Origin: Penicillus capitatus
Lineage: Eukaryota; Plantae; Chlorophyta
DNA: 64,000 nucleotides
Direction of reading: 5' to 3'
NCBI GenBank assembly: GCA_965649825.1
Contig: OZ287708.1
Coordinates: forward strand, 453,411-517,410
Shown here: positions 25,904 to 37,558 of the stretch, in pieces
Layout: each line of letters opens with the position of its first letter
Position numbering within the stretch: position 1 is the first letter of the stretch
Notes under the pieces: model-generated
Databases searched by the model: none
What the model saw: the letters and a program-made list of their open reading frames with translations, nothing else
Told to the model about the DNA's origin: nothing
Position numbers and translations under genes: made by a program

Positions 25904-26116
25904 TCAATAATCGATGTTAGGCGAGATTACGTAAAATCCTGCAAGCCACACTGCAAAGTTATTTAATGTCTTGTTCTTCTTCAATCTCTCGTTCCTGCCC
26001 AAGCATGCAGTCCGCAAGACGTGAATCTTGTTTGCCTGGCTTCGTGTAATCCTATGTGAAGTATCGAGCGTGAATCCAACCCCTCCGCCGAACACCCCGT
26101 TCATCTTTACACCCAT
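25904..26116 (-). CDS. Candidate small membrane protein; 5' exon structure unresolved
   Basis: Last exon ...RNERLKKNKTLNNFAVWLAGFYVISPNIDY* has a basic stretch then one hydrophobic helix. A TGTAA lies about 20 nt after the stop on the same strand. Confidence 0.3.
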   Translation of the reverse strand: MGVKMNGVFGGGVGFTLDTSHRITRSQANKIHVLRTACLGRNERLKKNKTLNNFAVWLAGFYVISPNIDY

Positions 26117-26434
26117 TCAGCCACCCAACCTTCCAGTTACCTAGTTCGACCATGCTAGAAGATCCTTTAGCGCCATATTTCTACCGTTGGAGTGTATGTC
26201 CCATACTCTCTGCTGCTGATACATACGTGCCATTCAGCACATTATCCTTTTATATTACTTGAAGTTAAGTACTAACCGATGGCGGCGGTTCAACAACCGC
26301 ACATGTCGGTCCATGCAGTTGTGGCTTCATTTTCCTTTAATTGACGGACGCCCTATGAGTGAATATTAGGCATTTCCGGCATTTAGTGGATACAGGTCAA
26401 GGTACAAAGAGGATCCATCGACAATCGGACGCAA

Positions 26435-26950
26435 ATGGCGCTTCCTTTCAAACACGTTGCTGCCGTAGTTGTACTTGTTATCCTATACACACCGCTGCTC
26501 GTCGCGCATTCCGACTCTACGGCGACATCCATGGTCAAAGAGGCGCTGAACAGAACCCCTGGCAGGGGCGAGGACTTCCGAGCACACAAACCGGAACCGG
26601 TAGACTGCGAGGCCTGTAGAGTACGGCGTACTTGAGAACTGTGCCCGGCATGATGCTTCGATGCTTGGGTCAGGCTGCCACAAGGGCATCGTTTGGCAAC
26701 ACGCAGCACTTCGTCGGGGAGAACGTCGACGACGCCGTGGACTACTTTTGCGCTGAACTGAAGTATAGAGGCCTCATTGCGGAGAAAGATGTTGTCAAGT
26801 GTTCGAGCAAAATCATAAAACACGCAGGCAAAAGCGTAAGACATCGTGCTGTACATGTCCCTGTGGTTATTCGGTGATCAGGGCCGCTACAAGTATGGCG
26901 TGTCTTACATAAAGGCAAACGATGTGTGCGCATTCTATGGCGCCTGCTGA
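26435..26950 (+). CDS. Secreted stand-alone saposin-like (SAPLIP) protein, 138 aa; introns 26621-26673 and 26836-26881
   Basis: Signal peptide MALPFKHVAAVVVLVILYTPLLVA, then six Cys in saposin-B order: CEAC...YFC...VKC...VCAFYGAC* (terminal C-x5-C). Confidence 0.75.
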
Positions 26951-27594
26951 GGAAAATCGTTGTCAAGATCCTTGTTGGCCAGTCAACAGAGCATTTTTAT
27001 TTTTTCGTAGCGGAACAGCGAACACGATGGGTTATGCATTTTGGAAATGAATGGCAAAGATCGTCGTTATCTGTACAACGATGTAAGCCAGAGTCAGCGT
27101 TGAGGTGCACCGATGTCCAGATGTCCATAAACTTACGAACGAGCGATTCCGATCTGACTAGCACGCCGTTGCGCCGAACAAAATCACGATGGGCGGCAGA
27201 TCGGAGAAAGAGATATTCTCCATGTGTCGTACGTCTGGCCTCTGTCATCGTAGAAAGACTGTTGAAGTGTTTGCTCAGAATAGATAGAATCGTGAATATT
27301 CGTCGGATATTCTTAACGATCTGCGATGACGGCCATCTCGCACCGTCATCTTCGAATTCTTAAATCCACTTGAACGATACCGTGCATTTAGTGTTCGCTT
27401 GGCATTATGGTCTTTGCCGAAGGATGTGGAACTTCATGCCGATCACAATTTGTTGAGGCGTTTTCTGAACAGAGGTGTCTCTGGGAGTATCAAGTGAATG
27501 GAAGATCATCTACCTTCTCATTTTTGTCTGTACTAATACTGGCGGGCACCTGTGAACGATCTTTTGCCAGATTCCCTGCGTATATGCGTCAGTA

Positions 27595-28128
27595 ATGACC
27601 GCATCACTCCATTATCGCGATTCTCTTCCCATGAACCTCAGCTCCGGCAGCGTCAGGTCTGGCCGTGCGTGCTTGACTTCTCACGTGACGTCTTCTCTGC
27701 AACTAGTCGACGTCCAAATGTGGACAGTGCGGACACGGAAGGACTCGAACGGGAGAACGATGTGGAGCTTGACGAATTAGCCTCCAAGGCAACGTACCTG
27801 CGCCAGGTCATTCCACGACGCGACACGCTTCGCCTTCACTATTCCCTTCACCATTCGCCCACAGATAACGACCGGCATTCGAGATGACGTCGAAGCACAG
27901 AATCGTCTCCTGAATTCAGTGGTGAGTTCCCATCCCATTCCGCCATCGCCTGTTGCTGTTCTCGCCTTCCAGGACGATCACGCGACATCTGTTCGGACTG
28001 GTCTCGCCGGCACGGTTGCCAGATTCAAGAACGTCATGGAAACGTCAGATGGCAGGAAGCGCATGATTATGATTGCCATTGCCACGGTGGTCATTCTGCT
28101 GTTGTTGTGGGTCATGACACGACAATGA
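27595..28128 (+). CDS. BET1: BET1-like Qc-SNARE, 3 introns
   Basis: ERENDVELDELASKATYLRQ-ITTGIRDDVEAQNRLL...GLAGTVARFKNVMETSDGRK followed by a C-terminal TM anchor. Confidence 0.88.
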
Positions 28129-28283
28129 GACGGCTGTTGACATCTTGCCGCGCACGGTTCCCGCGGCAGCAAAGCGGCGCCGCTGTTCGAAATCCGCGAT
28201 CTTGATTGGACGGTCGCATCTCGCTGTTAAACACATCGCATCATCTCTTTCGCTGCATCTCGTGTTTTACTGTTTTCAACAAC

Positions 28284-31074
28284 ATGGCTTACGATTGGGA
28301 GACCTTCGGTGTAACGCTTGCCATCAACGCTGTCCTCTTTGTCTTATTCCTCGTGGCCTATCTCTGGCTGCGCCGCACAGAACGTTTCCAGCGTTTCTAC
28401 GCACCTCGTTACTATCTCAAGACTCCTGGATACCGTCGACCAAAACCACTCCCGACAACATGTTCGCCTTTCGCATGGGCGCGTTGCCTGCTGGGATATT
28501 CAGAGGACGAAATCCTCGCCGTGGCGGGATATGATGGCCTCGTGTATCTTAACATCTTCAATTTCGGCCTGGAACTCTTCGGAGTGTTCTCTGTCGTCAT
28601 CCTCGCTGCCGTTCTGCCTGTCAACTGGACGGGAGATCTCGTTGATCTCAATCAGCACAAAAGGGAGGTGAGTACGGACAAAGACGAAGAAGTGGAGTCG
28701 ACGGAGTATGATAAAGTGACCATGGCGAACATCGAAGAGAAATCGGACGTTCTGTGGGTTCACCTCTCGGCTGTCTACTTCATCACATTCTTTACTCTTT
28801 GGCGTCTATGGAAATACCACAAGCGAGCCGTCGATCTCAGAATTGAGTGTCTGGCCACGGCGAAACGCGGCGGACAATCGCACACGATTTTTGTTACCGA
28901 TATTCCTGGAATAAGATTCGGCCATCCGCTCGATCGGTTGATGCAGTCCTGCCTTTTTAAGTTTTTGCCCAATTCTATCCGGCAACGCATTCAGTCCAGC
29001 GTCGAGGCCATGACGAATATGGCAACCACAGGCATTGGAGCCATTGGGACGCTCACATCTAACGCTGTAAGCCGCGGCAGAACGATGATGGACGATACGA
29101 CGTCCCGTGTTGCCTTGCTGGATACATCTGAAGACACTTCCCTCGAGAGCTTCGTACGTCCAGTGGTACACGAGATTACAGACATGAATCCAACAGAGTG
29201 GATACGATCTCGTCTGGCACAGGGCATGAGTTACGAACAGACTGTTGAAGAAATGTACCGTGAAGTGTTTCCGACCGGCGAAGTGTCTTGCGCGAACATG
29301 ATTGTCAACACCTCTTCTCTGGAACCTCTGGTTGACAAACTGAATAAGACCGTCCAGTCGCTGGAAGACTGTCTGGACCAGTACATCCTTTCTATGCGAA
29401 CGAATAAACCGATCAAAAAATTCACGTCTCGCGTTATTCCTCTGACCGAAGGGAAGTGGGCAACGGAGAAGTATGGACAGCGACCGACGAAGGTGGATCT
29501 CTTGGACTATCTGGTGCTCAAGATCGAGAATCTTAAACGAACGATCCAGGAAGAAGAGGGAAAGGCAAAATCCGAAGTGACCGCCTCGGCCTTTGTGGTA
29601 TTCAATACACGATGGTCACGCGTTGTGGGCGCCACGGCCTTCTTTCATCACAACGAGACGGTCTGGAATTCTCAGAAGGCTCCGAATCCTCAGGAGGTTG
29701 TCTGGGAGAATCTCAAATGGCGATCTTGGGAACGCAGTCTTCGTCGTGTCACCATCTGGTTTCTTTTCTTCCTCCTGTGTGCCTTCTTTGCCATACCCAT
29801 TGCCGCCATCCAGGCCCTGATTGAAGTGGAAAGGCTTGAAAAATATGACGTCATTGGGGACATCGTCAGCTTTCCGTTGATCAAGTCTTTACTGCAGGCC
29901 GTCATTCCCAACATTGTGATGGTCATTTTCTTGGCCTTCCTTCCGACGATCTTGGCCATCATGAATCGCTACCAGGGATTCATCAGTCGTAGCACGATCG
30001 ATGTGGAAGTGACGCGAAAATACTTCATCTTCCTCATCATCACTGTCTTCTTGGCAAACTTCGTCGCCCGATCGTTGCTGGAACAGTTGGATCTTATCCG
30101 TGAAGATATGGGAGCATTTGTCGATGCTCTGGGATCCGGAGCACCACAAGCATCCACGTTTTTCCTCTATTTCATTTTGACTCAGGCTCTTATCAGTGGC
30201 GCCGCTGAGGTTCTGAATCTTCCCGGACTTGTCATGATGTTGCTTTTCACGCTGATGGCCGGAACACGTCGAGCAAAGGACCGTCTCTGGCAGTCACGAC
30301 CACTGCATTTTGGTGAAGTCATCTCGAGACATACATTGACGCTGTTCCTCGGCATCGTCTTCGCTGTCGTCAATCCTCTCATTCTGCCCGTCACCTTTGT
30401 CTACTTCGCCCTCATGATGCTCTACAACAGATACAAGGTGCTCTACGTTTTGGTCGAAGAGTATCAAAGTGGAGGCGAGATATGGACTCAGGTACCTGAC
30501 ACCCATTCACTCTTTCTCACACTTATGCAATGGTGTGCGACAGGTCTATGAACATGTCATCGTGGGTTTGATTTTTCATCATTTGATGATGCTGGGTATC
30601 ATGGGGTTGAAAGAGTTCCCCTATGCCGCTCTTCTACTGCCGTTACCCATCTTGACCATCTTTTTCAAGATCTTCATCGATCGCCTTTTCCAGAGACCCT
30701 TAACACTTCTGTCGCTCAGAGCCGCTCGAGATCTGGACAAATACGATCAGTCCATGGAAAAGAAGAATTCTGTCGAAGAGCGTGAAGTCGAAGACGCATC
30801 GATTCCAGATTCCTACGTGAACGAATGCTTTAAGATCAATTGGCAACAGATCGACGCCACCATTGCCAAAGTTCCTCAAATTCAAGCTGCCATCGATAAA
30901 CCTTATGACGAAGCTGTCTCCTTGATCGACGGTCTCACCATCCCCAATGCTGCAGAGTTCTATTCGCTGGAGTCCTTTGCTTTGAGTAAGAGTGCATTGG
31001 AAGAAGAGCGCACTCCGATTGCCGGCGATGTGGCCGAAGGGAGTGGCGCGGATTTTTTGAATAAAAAACGATAG
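28284..31074 (+). CDS. OSCA/CSC1/ERD4 (TMEM63) mechanosensitive Ca2+-permeable channel, 1 intron near 30491-30543
   Basis: RFYAPR, AGYDGLVYL, VLPVN, ASAFVVFNTRW, APNPQEVVWENL, QASTFFLYFI, VNPLILP, YQSGGEIW. Confidence 0.93.
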
Positions 31075-31116
31075 ATTGTTAGATGACGATGATGCTGCGG
31101 CATTTTGTAGAGACTC

Positions 31117-33054
31117 ATGTCTGGTGTCGAGTCGAACGACTTGCTCGCGCACCTTGCGCAACACGCAGGTGTTACTCCGGTAACGCGTCGTATAGAGAGG
31201 CCGCCTGTTGCGAACTGGCGACTCGAGCACATACTCGAAAACCCCGAATCGGATTTTCAGAACGGCACGTTTTTCGTCGTGGGGGAGGACGTCGCTCGTG
31301 CATTGTCAAGAAATGAAGATAGCTGCGATGTGCTGCGTTGGACAACATTGGCACTCGATGCTCACTCGATCGTTGAGAAGAGCGAATTCAGACGTGGGTC
31401 TAGACAAGGAGCTGCCCTCAGCCCGAAGGTCATATCCTCTTCTTATCATACCTTTTATATGTATGGGACGATTTCTTCAGATTGAGGTGTATCGCGCGCG
31501 GCGTGTGGCGAAGCTCGATAGAAAGATGACCTTTGGAGTGGTCAAAGCGGGCCGGTTTCAAGAAAGGTTGGTCGTCCATCTGGACGCGTCCATCGCATTG
31601 GAGAAACCAGATCGTGTGATCTTTCGTCTCGTTGGACGACACGCTGGTTACGGCAAATATCAACGCATCGAAGAGTTTTTTGGATCCAAAGGGATTATCG
31701 CTGCACCGGAGAAAAATCCGATGCCTGAAGAGACGTCGGATCAAACAGAATGCCAACTGGAAGGCATGATCCAGTTATGGCCATCTGTGTACTATATCTG
31801 CATGGTTTCTGCTCAAAGAGAGAGTGCCCCGAGTGCCGTGCCTCAACAACAGCCGCTCGCCAGATCGATGCAGCAGCCTTATCGAGGACGTAATGAGGAT
31901 GTTTGGCCACAGACATCCAATCCGTTGAACGTGCAACCTCGTGTACCGGCCGTCACATCAAATCCATGTGCCCTTTCTTCTCATATCCGCGAACCTGGGA
32001 CGCCTGGGACGCCGCCGAATGTGGGAAAAGGGGCATTGACATCTCAACGCAGCTCAGATATGGGGACATCGCCGGCGAACGAAGGATTGCATGTGCCAGA
32101 AGATACAGAGGCAAACAAGAGTGCCACATCATATACCTCAGATGATTCTTGGACAGATATGATGGATCTTGTGACGCAACCGACACAAACAACACGCGAA
32201 GAAGCAGTTCCTACAAAGCTTTGCCACAGAGACATATCTCGACTTTTGGAATCCGTCGATGTTCATGACATTGTCCGTGCCCTCTGCAAGAAATTTGGTT
32301 GGCAAGTGATCCAAGGCGCTTTTATGGCAACAGAGGGCAGAAGGGGGCAGTCTTCGGAACAGCCTTATGGAGAAACAATGTCCAGGGTCCGTTCTCTGGA
32401 GCAGACGTCCGTTCCGCAGGAGCCATCCCTGACTGCTTCTGAGGCAGCAGGTGTACCTCCGGATCTATCCGCTCTCTCCAAGGCAGAAGGGTCAGAAAAT
32501 GTCCAACGCAAAGATGTAGGGTGGTTTGTTCGCTTCCTATCAACAGAAATCATGAAATGTACTTGTAGCCTATGTTTGGGAAACAAAGCGTCCTCCCAGT
32601 AAAGGTCATTCCACGTTCTCGTGGTCAGAAAGAAGAGATGGAGGTGCCCGGAGAGTTTTCTATCAAAGCCCTCTGTCAGATGGTGAAGTAAGGGCGACGA
32701 CATCTTTCTGCCGTCTTCTAGTGCTGTGTCTACAGTAAGGAAATCGATAAAGGAAAGAAGCCCCGAATTATTGCTTTGGCGCACGAGAGGACAGAAGGCA
32801 TGGTCATTGAACGAGCCTTCGATGCATTTTCTGTACCAGCAAAGCACTTCAAGTAACCGTCGTTGTGACCGTTCTTTGTCATCGATCTGTTTTTTCTCAG
32901 GGGCAAGTTGAAAGAAACGAACTACGTTGTAGAGACGAGGAACTACATTGTACTTGTTCTGAATCCGCATGCGGTTCTCAACATCGGTCCCGAATTCCTA
33001 TCAACCGTTACGGCAGTGGTCACAGCTGTCCTCCTCATAATCATCCGATCGTGA
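31117..33054 (+). CDS. Unknown protein: globular N-domain (weak CG-1-like pattern), disordered middle, small C-domain and terminal hydrophobic anchor; 4 introns
   Basis: Consistent GT-AG splicing of ORFs 31117 and 31208 plus three 3' exons (PMFGKQSV..., NKEIDKGKK..., GKLKETNY...LSTVTAVVTAVLLIIIRS*). TGTAA follows the stop directly. Confidence 0.7.
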
Positions 33055-33518
33055 CTGTAAAGTGTGATCTAGTGTGAACCGAAGGGCATCACATCTTCTC
33101 GGGAACTGGTGAAATTGAGAGAACAATGTCAAGAACTAAGCAAAACCCAAAGCATCAAGGTCTGATCACTCCCTCATTATTATCCCTCCTGACAATCATG
33201 TCTGTATTGCAGTGGTACAAGATGCTTAAAGAAACATGAAACTTTGGGAATACCTGGAAGACATGGTGCTCTCTAGCCACTTCTCTGTAGCGCCTGCCGT
33301 ATTTAAGCCATAGAATTGGATGAGCCATATAACTCTTTCTGCGCATCTCTCTCAACAAATGACGCCATCTCATTGAACGGGGCTTCCTTTGACGGCGACA
33401 GACATCTTTCCTCCTTTGCATAAAACGTGAGGCATTGAACGAACGAATATACTCCAAGAGCGAAGTCGCGTCTTTTCACGTATTGCAAATCGTGTGTCTT
33501 CGCTGCCACTCGTTGTCG

Positions 33519-35678
33519 ATGCTGCCACTCTATGGCTTATCGTTTCTGCTTTTTCTGGCCACCGCAGCTGGGTACTACGTACCTGGAATCTCTCCCAATG
33601 AATACGAGAAGGGGGCGCTTCTCGAAGGTTATTCTTCAAAGTCAAGCAACGCGCTCTGTCTTCACCTGTGTGTTATCCCTGTGCAGCCCGCGTGAATTCC
33701 TTGACGTCAACGGAGGCAGAATTGCCGTTTGAATATTACTCGCTTCCTTTCTGCAAACCAGAAAAAGGAGTCGCGTCGGTCGGTAAGACGAACCCGGGGA
33801 CCATGTTGCTCGGCCTGCGTATCGAGAGCTCGCCTTATGTTTTCTCGATGATGGTAATGACCTACCACGAGCGATAGTCGAAGAGTGAGATGGCGTTTAG
33901 GAAGAAGAGTATGCCAAAAAAGCGTGCTACAATGAATCTGCCATGAAATCGCTGACAGGTCGAGACGTCCATGTGCGTCTGTCTGTAGACATGCATGTGC
34001 AATGCTGACAGCACTTCTGCTGTTGTGTTTCCTGTAGCATCTGGTGGACAAGATTGCAAAGAAGTATCGTGTCAATATGATTCTGGACAATTTGCCAGTG
34101 ACAACGTACGATTTGACAGCGAAGCAGGGATTCATTCTGGGCGGATTCAAACTCGGATTCCGGTATCAGGGAAAGACGTATATCCACAATCATCTGGTTT
34201 TTAACATTCTGGTCCATCCCGTAACAGAAGAGTATGACAAACAGAGAGCAGAGACGGAGCGTTTTGTGGCTAGTAATGTTCCGGGAAAACGCAAACTGTT
34301 AGACGAGAGTCCATCGAGCGCAGAATCCGAGACGAAAGAGATAAAGTACATGGTCGTCGGATTCGAAGTCATGCCATGCAGCATCAATCATCTGTATGAA
34401 GAGCAACCAGATATGTCTGCCTGTGATGAACAACATCCTGAAAAGTGGATGGAAGTCAAGAAAGATGCTCGCATTCCGTACACCTATGATGTGAAGTTTG
34501 AGATAAGCGACATTCCTTGGTCGTCGAGATGGGATGCTTATCTGAAGATGCCAGGGGGACGCGTGCATTGGTTCAGTATCGTCAATTCGATCCTCGTGGT
34601 TCTGGTGATGGCCATTGTCTGCGCCATGATTCTGATTCGCACCGTTCGACGTGATCTGTCTCAGTACGAGGAGCTGATTATGGAATCTGCTGCGCCGTCT
34701 GAGATCAGGGAAGAAGCTGGGTGGAAGCTGGTATCGGGCGACATCTTCCGAACACCTCGGAATCCGGTCGGTCTAGCTGTGCGTATTGGCTCAGGGGTAC
34801 AGATCATTATGACAACGCTGGTCACCGTCTTCTTTGCCATGATCGGATTTCTCTCTCCCGCTTCTCGAGGCTCACTGGTCACCGCCCTCTTGGTGCTCTA
34901 TCTGTTGCTGGCCTCCACGGCAGGATTTGCATCCGTATGGCTTTCTGGCATCATGATGCGTACATACGATGGATGGAAGGGACTCTGCTGGCGTGTCTCG
35001 ACGTACTTTCCCGGAATTGTCTTCCTCGTCTTCACAACCGTCAATATCTTGATCAAACATACAGGATCGACAGGAGCCGTACCCCTCCGTACTTTCTTCT
35101 CCATTTTGACATTGTGGTTTATGGTCTCGATTCCTTTGACGTTTGTTGGAGGATATATGGCCACGAAGTTGAAGATCATTGAGTATCCAGTGCGTACCAA
35201 CCAGATCCCACGTCACATCCCCGATAGCCCTCTCACGACACATCCATACACACTCTTTGCCATTGCTGGACTGCTGCCCTTTGGAACATTGTTCATTGAG
35301 CTCTACTTTATAATGACCTCACTCTGGATGGGATTCTTCTATTACCTCTTCGGATACCTGTTCATTATCGGTCTCCTCACATTTATAGTGACGGTCGAGG
35401 TCTCTGTGCTCTGCACTTATGTGCAGCTGTGTGCAGAAGATTATCGCTGGTGGTGGAGTTCCTTCTGGAGAGGCGGCAGTATTGCATGGTATATCATGAT
35501 GTATGCGATTGGGTTTTTGGTGACGACATTGCATAGTCTTAGCGGAGGACTCCCAGTGATTCTTTACCTGTCTTTTATGACTATCTTTGTGTGGGGTGTT
35601 TTTCTGGCCTCTGGCACCATTGGCTTCTTATCATCTCTGCTGTTCACTTACTGCATCTTCTCCGTTAAGCTGGACTAG
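33519..35678 (+). CDS. TM9SF/EMP70/TMN nonaspanin, 3 introns
   Basis: YYVPGISP, ELPFEYYSLPFCKP, YRVNMILDNLP, VHWFSIVNS, GWKLVSGDIFR, PVRTNQIPR, EDYRWWWSSF and C-terminal KLD (KxD/E motif). Confidence 0.95.
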
Positions 35679-35761
35679 AGCGAGAGGATGTCAAAATTGT
35701 CCAGGAGCTAGTCAGTATTCATTGTTTGATCTTCTTCTGGTATATGTTGACAATGCTGTCT

Positions 35762-37193
35762 TTAAAGGGTGCGTTTCCAAGGAACAGGCAGATAGAAATC
35801 GCGAATCGATTTCGTTCGTTCGATGCAAGCTTTCTGATGTGACAGGTGTGTGGAAGGCATGTGTTCTTCCGATCCGATGCGCTGCAGAGCAGCAATGATC
35901 GTGGCTGTGGAGAGATAGACGGCCTCGGCCATCTCGGGGGCAAAGACTTCGAGAATTTCGACGAATTGCTGAGCATGTAGGGTAGAGCGAACAAGTGGAT
36001 CTATCCAGTCTTCAGCAAGGAGCACCGACTCAGGTGCACAACAGAGAAGCACGACCAACCTCTCTAAGGCTTTCTCCTAATGAAGCATATACCATCCGTC
36101 ACATCATCGCAGAAAAAACAGACGAATACTGAATGATCGACCGGCCTACTTGTAATTGGAACAGGTACTGTGTCTTCTGCCAAATATGCGTACTCTGTTG
36201 GACGTATTCTTCACAATTCTCGGAGTTTTGATCGTCTCTCTGATGCGAAACAGGGTGTTGAGTGGAGAGAGATGCCGTTTTTACCTTCTGGAGATCGTGG
36301 GCAGATTTGGCAATGATTTGGATTTGATGAAGAATGGCTTCGGACGTCTTGTGCAGGATATGTGCGAGACAGGAAGGTATGGCCAAGAGACAACAGGTGA
36401 GAAATTCCAAAGCAGCGTCATTCTTCCATTTCTCTGAGTCCTGCAACGAACGCATCGCATTCGCATGCACAAATCCAAGTCGGATAGTACATACAGGAGA
36501 CGTCACATCATGAACGATACCGTCAACCATTGCCGTTATCAAATCCTTTAACCGTCGTGTATGGTCTACAGAGCTCTTCGTCTTGTGCGACGCTTCAGTG
36601 AGCACAGTGAAACATTCTGCTGCGTGTTGTGCATATGCCGTTCTGAGTTTTCCAGGCGAAAGTCGGACGAGAGAAGTTGTGACGAAATCGCAAACGAGAT
36701 CGACCGTCGTCGTCTCCCATGCCTCTTCGCCAATCTTCCCTTGCTCGCGCATCATCTGCCGCATTGCGACACTTTCTGTCTTCTCAGCATTGTCGATCGC
36801 ATGTCTGACCTGTGCCGTGCGCAAAGCATGAACGTTGCGCAAGAAAACGGCGAGTGTCTGGCGGCGGGCTTGAAGTTCTTTTGCCGTCGAATCAATCGCA
36901 TCCGTCATCGTCGGCGTTTGTGGGAAGCACGCGTCGAGCTCTGCCAAGTTGCGTAAGAAGGCGTCGCATGTGGGGGTCCCTCTCAGTGACGCCGTCAATG
37001 TATCCAGCTCTGCCTCCGCCGCCATGGCACGTGTTCTCCAGCGTTCAGTTTCCTCCGCCATCGCTCGACGTTCCTTAACGATGGCGAACGCCAAGGCATC
37101 CCTTAACAAAGGCTCCTCACGTCTGGGCGTCGTCATTGAGCGTCGATTTCCGCGACGTCGTCTCGTCGTTTCTCTACGTGATGTGACGTCCAT
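35762..37193 (-). CDS. Putative MEI4/PRD2-like meiotic protein (alternative start 37136)
   Basis: N-terminal ALAFAIVKER...WRTRAMAAEAELDTL and C-terminal TQYLFQLQ-EKALERL resemble remembered MEI4/PRD2 motifs. Helical composition. No search run. Confidence 0.45.
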
Positions 37194-37558
37194 ATCAGAG
37201 AAGTCAGAGGTCGCATTCGCGAGATCTCACTGTGATGTGACGTTGTAGAAGGGTGATCGCGGAGACATCTTGTCTGCACGAATAGAACCTGTGCCTTCAT
37301 TGGGATAACAGCTGTTCTTTGTTTTAACCATGCGCGCATATAAGATTAGCCCCTAACTGTTATACGTGTAAAAGATACTGTTTCGAATTGGATGTCGAGA
37401 TTCAGACTTCCTGTATGCGTGCAATTCATGTGCATTCAATGCCTGCTTCCTGACAGCTCCTACGAAAAGACGACTATACCCTGTCTAAGACCCCAATCAA
37501 ACAACGACGTACAAACTCAGCGCTACGAGGACGCATTACCTGATGAGAGATAGCCAGT

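Noticed and set aside
26285-26300. Hairpin GCGGTT-caac-AACCGC
   Set aside because: A single 6-bp stem is expected by chance, and it lies in an intron-like segment.
26950-27590. Short ORFs between the saposin-like gene and BET1 (e.g. 26997-27248, minus strand)
   Set aside because: I could not assemble a consistent spliced frame or recognise a motif; left unannotated.
32365-32970. 201-aa minus-strand ORF
   Set aside because: It is the antisense shadow of a + strand gene that splices cleanly with canonical sites.
33060-33510. Minus-strand ORFs 33155-33457 and 33303-33509
   Set aside because: No motif and no consistent exon chain; compatible with UTR or promoter sequence.
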